A program made the position numbers and the translations under genes. Of a stretch of DNA of 64,000 nucleotides, positions 36,401-43,319 are shown piece after piece. A model generated the notes under the pieces. It saw only the letters and a list, made by a program, of their open reading frames with translations. It was not told where the DNA came from and ran no database searches. How positions within the stretch are numbered: the first letter of the stretch is position 1; each line of letters starts with the position of its first letter. Source of the DNA: Phoronis australis (Eukaryota; Animalia; Phoronida); assembly GCA_002633005.1 (NCBI GenBank), contig NMRA01000157.1, forward strand, positions 466,988 to 530,987, read 5' to 3'.

Positions 36401-37882
36401 TCGGATTTCGAAGTATCCCAGTTATCCCTGCTGTAACGAAGATTGGTGGAGAATGTCTGAGAACTGACTTTGCAATCATTTATTGACCACACAATTAAAT
36501 AAGAACACAAACATGCAGGCAGCAAAATCTGCAATGAAAATAACAACCTCAATTCACTAAACAAACATAGCTGTTTGCAATGCAATGACAAAGCAGAATG
36601 GGGCCTTGCCCAAACTGAGGTTCAGACCTACGTATATTGAAAAACTTATAGCCTCAAACAGCAATTCATTACACAGAGGATAGCACCAAATAGTTAAAGC
36701 AGCCATATAGGCTTGTAGGAACTTATACTTACTACATGACAAGTTCTTTAACACAATATTTGCAGTACAATTTGATCTTGAAAAAGTTGACTTGCATCAT
36801 TTTGCTGTTATGACACAACCGCACTTCACCACTATACTCAAATGCAAAGGATTCATCGTTATCTGTTTTGCTTGGGGAACGCCGTGAGCTATGTTGCATA
36901 GTAAAACAAGATGAGGATTGCAAATAATGTCATTTATTATGACGTACAAACGCAATTCGTGACAAGGAGACGAGAATGAACTAACTAATCACATATCCAT
37001 CATTTTACCTAAAGAAAATACGATAAGAAACACCTACGGTAGATAGATGCCTTAAGATTTTGCTTTTCGTTGAATTGTTTTAGTAACTTTTAAGTAAGTT
37101 AACTTATTAAAACGTGGTAGATAATTGACGCTCGAGTCGTAATGCCAGACAAACTATCACAGTAGTGCTTTGACTGGACTAGGTGGAAAATCTGGCTTAG
37201 CTTTGATTTAGAAACCATTGTCATGGAAACTAAATTGGAGGTTTATATAATGATACATTCTAGCATAGAACTCTGGGCTAGAGTTCTATGGTTCTTATGA
37301 GAAGTATGCACATGTATTCTTATTGTATAAAGCACATTTTCAATATGTAATATTAAATATGATTTTTAAGTTTTAGATTTGAGCATCTTTTACAAATTCT
37401 GTTGTGTCTCAGAGGGCACAGCAGTCTGGGCAGAACTTGCGTCATCTGTTATTTTAGACATTTTTGTAAGCGCAATTCACCATGCATTTGGATAAGTCGT
37501 GAACGCATTAGTGCTGCAATGTGGCCATAGGTGATCAGTTGCCAAGGAAAAATGTGGATGCCACTGAAAAATCAAGGCAGATGAATTTTCACATCAGTTA
37601 ATTTTATTATACATATTTTTCATTACATGTTGCTCTTCAAAAAACAAATGTACCGACAAAGGCAAAATCAACTAAGCCACTTTTTTAATTTCAGGCTCAA
37701 CGTACTGTGGACAGTGTCAATCACCAATTGGTCCAATTAAAAAATACAAGGAGAGTCTTCGAGTGACTGGCTATTTGCTAGTGAAGAAGAACATCATGTA
37801 CAAGGATGGACTGTCATTTGGGCTGATAAAAAAGTGGGATACTGTGCCTTTTGAAGTACTGGAAGAGCGTGTGTTTGAATGA
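3169..37882 (+). CDS. RIG-I-like receptor (MDA5/RIG-I/LGP2 family) with an N-terminal death effector domain; whole spliced model
   Basis: join(3169..3460, [21187..21312], 23454..23837, 25833..26102, 26746..27352, 29380..29519, 31756..31920, 32447..32736, 33568..33802, 37695..37882). All introns are GT-AG, phases are compatible and there are no internal stops; 856 aa without or 898 aa with the bracketed exon. SF2 motifs Q, I, Ia, II (DECH), III, IV, V, VI and a CxxC..CxxC CTD are present. Linkage of the DED exon across the long first intron is inferred. Confidence 0.8.
4349..5090 (+). mobile_element. Dispersed repeat, probably a non-autonomous DNA transposon; inverted copy at about 18985-19747
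   Basis: Near-identical conceptual translations on opposite strands (ORFs 4332+ vs 19747-, and 5030- vs 18758+). Confidence 0.8.
5187..5496. repeat. Three about 41-bp tandem units plus short TTTGCAGC/CTGCAAAC repeats; likely the subterminal array of an EnSpm/CMC-type element end
   Basis: CACTTTTTCA(A)CCAATAAAGTTTCCTGCAACTTTCCTGCAAA occurs three times, followed by repeated GCAAAC/GTTTGC words, and the block ends TATGGG. Confidence 0.6.
5500..6040 (-). pseudogene. Frameshifted SGNH/GDSL-type hydrolase ORF, probably retroelement-borne
   Basis: Block I-like VIILGSSYI, block III PDLVFLQIGGND (5811-5846) and block V DRVHFNHLG occur in order but in different frames. Confidence 0.75.
6479..9241 (+). 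mobile_element. TTAA-flanked non-autonomous DNA transposon (Kolobok-like), split by a nested MITE
   Basis: TTAA|AGGAGCATGCCACCC ... GGGCGGCATTCTCCT|TTAA, 13/15 TIR match. An inverted uninterrupted copy starts at 17439. Confidence 0.8.
6832..9216. mobile_element. Non-autonomous DNA transposon with CCGTA termini and TA duplication (Tc1/mariner-pogo-like)
   Basis: TA|CCGTAATCGTTCGGGTTAACGCCC ... GGGCATTAACCCGAACGATTACGG|TA, with subterminal TTAACCGCCCA repeats at both ends. Confidence 0.9.
9517..10212. mobile_element. Old MITE with about 60-bp degenerate terminal inverted repeats
   Basis: AACTTGTGCTCTCTGTCAAAAACAAGTTTTAATT..CTTACCATTATGAA is the imperfect reverse complement of TTCATAGTGGTAAG..AAAACCTGTTTTTTGACAGAAAGCACGAGTT. 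Confidence 0.6.
11232..11400. repeat. About 170-bp imperfect palindrome (long hairpin)
   Basis: TAGATTATTACATG..TTATCCCCCGTTATCTAGAGCCC..TGGATTTTGGAGAATTATC pairs with GATAATTCTCCAAAATCCA..GGGCTCTAGATAACGGGGATAA..CATGTAGTAATCTA. Confidence 0.9.
11939..12008 (+). pseudogene. tRNA-like sequence (pseudo-tRNA or SINE head) with Pol III A and B boxes
   Basis: A box TGGTGTAGTGG (11946-11956) and B box GGTTCGACTCC (11989-11999) at tRNA spacing. The acceptor and anticodon stems pair poorly. Confidence 0.7.
13921..14690. mobile_element. MITE with GG..CC termini and an apparent 3-bp TCT duplication (PIF/Harbinger-like)
   Basis: TCT|GGATTGTTCTAAATCCCCTCAACCCC ... GGGGTTGAGCAGGTTTTAGAACAATCC|TCT. Confidence 0.8.
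17439..17785 (-). mobile_element. Second, inverted copy of the TTAA-flanked element
   Basis: TTAA|AGGAGAATTACACCCGATTTAAGTAGTCTTTTTTGC is the reverse complement of 6500-6830 joined to 9219-9241. The element may extend further right. Confidence 0.85.
18227..18450. repeat. Array of degenerate palindromic AAAACTTAAGTTTT words
   Basis: About ten copies of AACTTAAGTTTT-like words separated by short variable A/T-rich spacers. Confidence 0.8.
18670..19747 (-). mobile_element. Inverted copy of the 4349-5090 repeat with an internal direct duplication
   Basis: 18985-19747 is the reverse complement of 4349-5090, and 18675-18930 repeats 19210-19460. Confidence 0.8.
19773..20101. repeat. Two tandem copies of an about 167-bp unit rich in TCA/TCG triplets
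   Basis: CAAGACTGTAGCCTATTTCTTACTGATTT starts at 19773 and again at 19940, and both units end TGTCGCT. Confidence 0.85.
20161..20207 (+). ncRNA. Minimal type I hammerhead ribozyme of the Penelope-like element kind
   Basis: UGCUU-CUGAGGA-C-GGUGUUU-UAAU-AAAUGCC-GAAA-CAU-GUC-AAGGCG contains both core boxes, a 7-bp stem II, a palindromic ACAUGU stem III and a GUC cleavage triplet. TATATAA lies about 25 nt upstream. Confidence 0.75.
21187..21312 (+). CDS. Candidate RLR linker exon (42 codons, phase 1-1)
   Basis: Acceptor CTTTGTTTTAG and donor TG|GTTAGT. 126 nt, open in the required frame (GIASKKASGVTMLTRSHNSLPG..ASNDY). No homology support. Confidence 0.6.
23454..23837 (+). CDS. RLR exon: low-complexity linker, Q motif and start of Walker A
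   Basis: TTTTTCAG| ... LYHYQEELAKAAMEGSNSIICAPT(G) |GTAAGC; phase 1-1. Confidence 0.92.
23934..25140 (+). mobile_element. Degenerate copy of the Helentron-type non-autonomous repeat
   Basis: Starts TTTTTATG..GCGTCCGGTGTCCGCAGCTATCTCC and carries repeated CCTCCTAGTGGCAGTTTT-like core units as at 1300-2800. Confidence 0.6.
25150..25450 (-). mobile_element. Penelope-like retroelement reverse transcriptase fragment
   Basis: NGKLFLQKDVSMGFPLGPMFSEFY resembles the PLE RT motif FxGxxYxQxxGxxMGxPLxPxxAxxY. Confidence 0.65.
25833..26102 (+). CDS. RLR exon: Walker A end, motifs Ia and Ic
   Basis: Splicing restores APTGSGKT, followed by LFIVPIRTLVEQQ and LFLTAQILVNAL. Donor AG|GTAAGT. Confidence 0.95.
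26746..27352 (+). CDS. RLR exon: motifs II and III and the Hel2i insertion domain
   Basis: FSILVMDECHHT..HPFRQIM..LPQIVGLTASLG..LCANLD..RGTQHYE..LRALNDSLLI; donor TG|GTATGT (phase 2). Confidence 0.96.
27779..29163. mobile_element. Full-length CCGTA-terminated MITE with TA duplication, in an RLR intron
   Basis: Perfect 25-bp TIR CCGTATTCGCCGTAATAACCGCCCA / TGGGCGGTTATTACGGCGAATACGG with TA on both sides. Confidence 0.93.
29380..29519 (+). CDS. RLR exon: end of Hel2i and start of Hel2 (absent from the ORF track)
   Basis: TTTCAG|G..LCQVFKEKQSDLEAIAPVDNNSMLTELHSLLEKLL..PPK G|GTGAGT. Phase 2-1 bridges its neighbours, and NSMLTEL corresponds to NPKLxxL. Confidence 0.88.
31756..31920 (+). CDS. RLR exon: motifs IV and IVa
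   Basis: GLLLTRRRVGVEYLHDFL..MTGQ..GMTDARQNEIIRRFR; donor AG|GTAAGC. Confidence 0.92.
32447..32736 (+). CDS. RLR exon: motifs V and VI and the pincer helix
   Basis: [58 protein letters not shown]. Confidence 0.96.
33568..33802 (+). CDS. RLR exon: first half of the C-terminal Zn-binding domain
   Basis: IEIVCRKCKAFLC..IRK..YLCIDEQF parallels RIG-I CRKCKALAC..VRV..YTVLGDAF. TTTTCAG acceptor and G|GTGAGT donor. Confidence 0.92.
33811..33899. repeat. 10-bp minisatellite GTATAAAGC(A/T), about 8-9 copies
   Basis: Directly visible just after the exon donor. Confidence 0.95.
37695..37882 (+). CDS. RLR terminal coding exon: second half of the CTD (absent from the ORF track)
   Basis: TTTCAG|GC..STYCGQCQSPIGPIKKYK..KKWDTVPFEVLEERVFE*; supplies the second CxxC and the KKW..PF motif. 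Confidence 0.9.
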
Positions 37883-38080
37883 CATTACAGCAGCATTCAT
37901 CAGTTCATGTGTTTTCAGGCTATGAATTATGTAGACACTGTGTGTTTGAATGACATTACAGCAGCATTCATCAGTTCATGTGTTTTCAGGCTATGAATTA
38001 TGTAGACACTGTGTGTTTGACTGACATTACAGCAGCATTCATCAGTTCATGTGTTTTCAGGCTATGAATTATGTAGACAC
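37870..38080. repeat. 71-bp tandem repeat, three copies, beginning across the RLR stop codon
   Basis: Unit TGTGTTTGAATGACATTACAGCAGCATTCATCAGTTCATGTGTTTTCAGGCTATGAATTATGTAGACACTG; the array recurs at 38792-39000. Confidence 0.95.
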
Positions 38081-38382
38081 NTCCCCTCCCCGTGAAATGA
38101 ATTTTTCTAAGCGTTTGTTTGAGCCAATACAGTATACAGCTTTCCACCAAGGCTAGGTGATGCAAGACATTATTATTTGTTCTTTGTTGCATTATAGTAA
38201 CTGGTCTTGGCTAATTATCATTTTATGGCCTGGTCATCCATTCAGCCCAAAGTAGTTCCAGAGGTGGCTTATCAGCCAATTATTCACGCATGCTGACTCA
38301 CAATAGAAGCCTGATGAGAGTGAAGGTGGATAAATGCGGTGTTCCTACAGTTTCTTGTTTTAGTGGATGTGTTCACGACATG

Positions 38383-39000
38383 TTTTTGTAAGCGCGATGC
38401 ACCATGCATTTGGATAAGTCGTGAACGCATTAGTGCTGCAATGTGGCCATAGATGATCAGTTGCCAAGGAAAAATGTGGATGCCACTGAAAAATCGAGGC
38501 AGATGAATTTTCACATCAGTTAATTTCATTATACATATTTTTCATTACATGTTGCTCTTCAAAAAACAAATGTACCGACAAAGGCAAAATCAACGAAGCC
38601 ACTTTTTTAATTTCAGGCTCAACGTACTGTGGACAGTGTCAATCACCAATTGGTCCAATTAAAAAATACAAGGAGAGTCTTCGAGTGACTGGCTATTTGC
38701 TAGTGAAGAAGAACATCATGTACAAGGATGGACCGTCATTTGGGCTGATAAAAAAGTGGGATACTGTGCCTTTTGAAGTACTGGAAGAACGTGTGTTTGA
38801 ATGACATTACAGCAGCATTCATCAGTTCATGTGTTTTCAGGCTATGAATTATGTAGACACTGTGTTTGAATGACATTACAGCAGCATTCATCAGTTCATG
38901 TGTTTTCAGGCTATGAATTATGTAGACACTGTGTGTTTGAATGACATTACAGCAGCATTCGTCAGTTCATGTTTTTTCAGGCTATGAATTATGTAGACAC
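38383..39000 (+). repeat. Near-identical duplicate of 37460-38080, including a second intact copy of the RLR last exon (38617-38804)
   Basis: Same acceptor and 188-nt coding part, with one L>P and one synonymous difference. A single N at 38081 separates the copies. Confidence 0.9.
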
Positions 39001-39759
39001 TTAAGCTGTTATAGCTAAAAATGAAAAAGATCAGCACCTGATGAAATATGTAAAAGGACATTTATAATTTATCGGTTTTACTGGCGAAAAAAACTCACAT
39101 TTTTTGGAATGTTTTTGGGATACAATTTTTCAAGTTAACTTTGACAAGGACTATTAAACAAAAAAAAATGCCTGACTTTGTTTTCTGTGATTCCATTACA
39201 AATTACTGTTGATGCTGTTCCTCAACGTTTGATGTTTTCATCCAGTTTCAACATGCACATTGAAACAGAAAACATTTCTATATCAACCCTCAAGTCAACA
39301 GCTGTCAAGCTAGGGTTTGTAGCCATAATGGTAAACTTAGGATGAAACTTCTTCCTGTCCCTGTTACTCTGTTGACTGATTGGAATTGTTTGATTTCCTG
39401 TGCTGCTTGGTGGCCTCTTTAAGTTTTCTTTATTCTAGTTTGAAGATACAGATTATTTACTTGCCAAATTGTTGTTTTGTGGGGCTTAAATATCAACTTT
39501 TTTCAACGCATTAATACTGGGGTGGAGGTCACAGTAATGACACAGCCAAGGTGCATTTCGAAGGCGGGAGAACCTTGTGAAAACGCGAGACTCCACAAGA
39601 TATTGCCATGCATTACAAGCAAATCACATGATCACACCAGATTTTGGGTCTACGTAATTCAGCCCAAACTAATGAGTCGGTGTTGGAATGTGAAATGTAC
39701 AGTGTGGTACAGTTTGAAATGCATTTTGATACTTGGCAATTCTGCTGGCATTTATTTAT

Positions 39760-40075
39760 GAATTATTTGACTACTTAGGAAGTGGGTATGCCACCTCTTT
39801 CATGCTTTTTGTCAGCAGTCAGTAAGGTTTTTGTATACATTGACTGTAATTATTTGACTACTTATGAAGTGGGTAGGTCGCTAATTCCATGATTTTTGTC
39901 AACAGATGGGCTTTTATATTAATTGTCTGTAGTTGTTTGACTACTTATGAAGTGGCTATACCACTAATGTCATGGTTTTGTCATCAGTTTGGCTTTAGAA
40001 TTAATTTTTGGTAATTATTTGACTATTTAGAATGTGGGTATACCACTTCTTTCATGCTTTTTGTCAGCTGTTGGG
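39760..40075. repeat. Degenerate about 85-90-bp tandem repeat (about 4 units), with a further unit at 41470-41565
   Basis: Recurrent AATTATTTGACTACTTATGAAGTGGGTA..TTCATGCTTTTTGTCA. Confidence 0.8.
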
Positions 40076-41464
40076 TTTTATGCGCTCACATATTTATATG
40101 TGGGTGCATGTTGCCGTCGTCTCTGTCTGGGCCGGAGCTGTATCTCCGAAAACCCCTCACAGGATCTTGATGAGATTTGGCAGAAATTATGATGAAAATT
40201 GGAGTTAATGTTTCTACTGTGAAGAGGATGACTGATGATGATTTTCAGACCAATCGGATTACAGTGGTGCCTCCTCGTGGCAGTGTTTTACATCTACGGC
40301 TTAGGTCCCAAACCCTCTGCAGTATCTTTATATTAAATTTGGCAAGTGTATTTATATGAAGTTGACAATGGACAGCGATGACATTTTGATGTAACCGACA
40401 ACCACTGTGCCACCTAGTGGCAATTGTTTTCATTGTCCTCTGTATCACTGAAACTTGTTTGCAGATTTTTATGAAAGTTAACAAATGTAAGATGACGCCG
40501 CCTTAATTTTCAGGCAGATTTGACGTATTTTGTGCTCCTCTGTAGCCACTTTGACATTGTTTGGGTATGTTTTTGACGACATCCTCTCCAAAGGATCATA
40601 ACTAAAATTTGGGGATGTGTTCTGATTGTGAAGACCAAGGCTGACGTTTATTTTCGAAAATGTTCAACTACTCTGTCCCCCCTAGGGACAGTTTCATTTT
40701 TGTTGCACGCCCACAGCTGTATCTCGTTATACTCTTTGCAAGATCTTCATTTTAGCAGAAGTGTTCCTATGGAGATGACAACTAATGACGGCCAGTTTCA
40801 GACCAATCCAACTACAGCTGTGCTCCCTATTCCCTCAGTGGCAATTTCATTTTTTATTTTTGCCTCTTTAACTTCAGAGTTTGTTGATGCCTTTCTTTTG
40901 AAATTGAGCAAACAAATTTCCATCATGCGGACGACAGCATCTTTCCTCTTTGTGATGGGTTGGGCGTATTCTGCACCAAGTAGTGGCCATTTTAATTATT
41001 TTTTACTCAGTTTTTTGTCTTCTGCTTCTGCATCTGCCAAACCATGCACAGCATCGTTATGAAAATTGACAGATGTGTTTGCTATTGACCAGCATGACCT
41101 ACATAGATTTTCAAACTGGTCCAACTACTGTGGTGCCCGCTAGTGACATTTTTGCATCAAATGCTGTATCTCCTAAACACCAAGATGTTTTTTAAATTAG
41201 TGCAGTTGTATTCCTGTTAACTTGACACCGATGGATTTGACTACTGCTGTGGTTCCTAATGGCAGTTTGTTTTTTACGTTTGCCTTCGTATCTTTGGAGT
41301 TCTGTGATGGAGTTTCTTAAAATTCGACAAGTAATTTTGATACAACTACACCTCCCCATTTTTGAATGGGTTCAAGGTATTCTGAGCCATCTAATTGCCA
41401 TTTTTATGATACAAATAAATACCCCATTCGTGGGCGCATTTCCCTGCTCTGCGTTGTTCTTGTT
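40076..41464 (+). mobile_element. Complete-looking Helentron-type non-autonomous element
   Basis: TTTTATGCGCTCACATATTTATATG start, tandem core units and a GTGGGCGCAT..CTTGTT end, matching 519-2816. Confidence 0.75.
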
Positions 41465-42559
41465 ACATAGGTCGACTGTAACTATGACCATTTATGAAGT
41501 GTGTACACTTCTTTCATGCTTTTTGTCAACATTTGAGTTTTTGTACACTTTGACTGTAATTGTTTTACAATTGGAAAATTGATGCTCACTAGGTGGCACT
41601 AATGAAGAAAGACATCTGAATAGATTGGGAACAGAACATAGTTCATCATTACCAGGGTATTCTTCTGATAAGAGGTCCAAATTATTAGTACCTGAATGCA
41701 TGCATTGCTATGGATAAAACCATTGTTAAACTAGCACCCACTGAATGGATTCTGAGCTTCCCATGGAATTTTATATTATTCACATTTTTAGAATACCGGT
41801 ATTGTTAATATTCCTTATATTTATGGCTGATTTTAGTGTTCATAACCTTCTGTGTGTGTAATTATTGGAGTGAAGCCTGTTGACTGACAGTGCAATATTG
41901 TAAAAATTGAATGTATGCATTCAGATGTAGTTGAGATGCATTTTTATTTTGTGAATCGATGTGAATTTTCAGTCCAGTCAATGAAAGTTTTAGTAAGTGT
42001 TTTTATGCACTCAATTGTATGTATCAAATGGGTATACCGAGGCCATTGTAAGTAAAACGTTTATTATACTAATCGAAGTAAATATGAAACGCTCAATAAT
42101 GTCATAATTGTGGTTCTTGTACTAGGTTGTTTTAGCCTGTCAATAGCTCATCTAGATTTCTTAAATGTTAGAAACCAACGATGCGTTGTAACCCTCATCA
42201 ATCAAGTTTCGACTAAGTCATTGATCAAATCTGCTAGCTTTAATGTCTTGGAACAGGTTGTTTAACAATGCCAGGGGAGGCAAACCACATCAAATTAAAT
42301 GACACATATTTTGCAACAGCATTTAAGAAAGTCTTTAGCTAAATAATTCTTTAAAAGGGGGCGCTACGGGTTTTGGGTATTACCTTACCTTAGAATGTGA
42401 ATGCCTGATTACCTCAGTTGTTGGGTATCTGTGGAATAATTTAATGGCAGATAGGATGCAAGTGATTTAAGAACTCTTCTCCACAATGCTTTTAGAACTA
42501 AATTTTGTGTGATTTTCATGAAAAAAGTCGATAAGTAGTATGGTTTGTTTGATGGAGGG

Positions 42560-43313
42560 GCAGATGCCAAAACAGGCACTAAATGGCGTAAAATACGTCA
42601 AATCTATCAGAAAACAAGGAACATGTCATAGTTTCTTTAATAAATAACTATTAAATTTCATAAAAATTCATCAAGGAACTTCTCAGTGAGAAGCGGACAA
42701 AAACGGTAAAAAATGATAGTGCCAGTTGGGACACATTGTTCGTCAGATCCGTCTGAAAGCAGTCTCTTGTCAACTTCATATATACACTTGCAAAATTTAA
42801 TAAAGATTCTTCAATTGGGATTAGGAGATACAGCCATGGGTTCAAAAAATCCCACTAGGAGGCGGCACAGTAGTAGAAGTCATCGGAAAATCATCGTCAA
42901 CCGTCCACTTCACGCTAAGAACATAATGCTAATTTCCACAATCAACCTTAGAGTGGTTTGGTTGATAGAGGCGCAGATGCCAAAAAACAGAATAGGAAAC
43001 GGTAAAAATGGCCACTGGGTGGTGCAAAATAACTCGAATCGATCCGAAAACGGGAGGATAGTGTCGTCTCACTTATTGATGCCTTTGCACCAAATTTCAT
43101 GAAAATCCGTTGATACAGAGTTACTAGTAAGGAACTAAACTGTCATTAGGGGACACACCGGCAGTCACATCTGTCATGATATTTGTCATCATCAGTCATC
43201 AGCTTCATAGGAACATATCTGCCAAATCTCATCAAGATCCTGAAACGGTTTCAGGAGATACTACTCTGGACGCTCAGACAGATGACAGCAATATTTATAT
43301 GTGGACGTGTAAA
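42560..43313 (-). mobile_element. Truncated inverted copy of the Helentron-type repeat
   Basis: Reverse-complement core words (CCACTAGGAGGCGGCACAGTAGT, AAATTTCATGAAAATCCGTTGA) and the 5' end motif near 43290-43313. Confidence 0.7.
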
Positions 43314-43319
43314 TCAGGA

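Noticed and set aside
37264-37290. Hairpin CATAGAACTCT-GGGCT-AGAGTTCTATG as a terminator or regulatory RNA
   Set aside because: An isolated 11-bp stem in an intron, most likely a small transposon remnant; no further support.
38617-38804. Second RLR paralog
   Set aside because: Only the last exon is duplicated, next to a gap; no other helicase exons are repeated.
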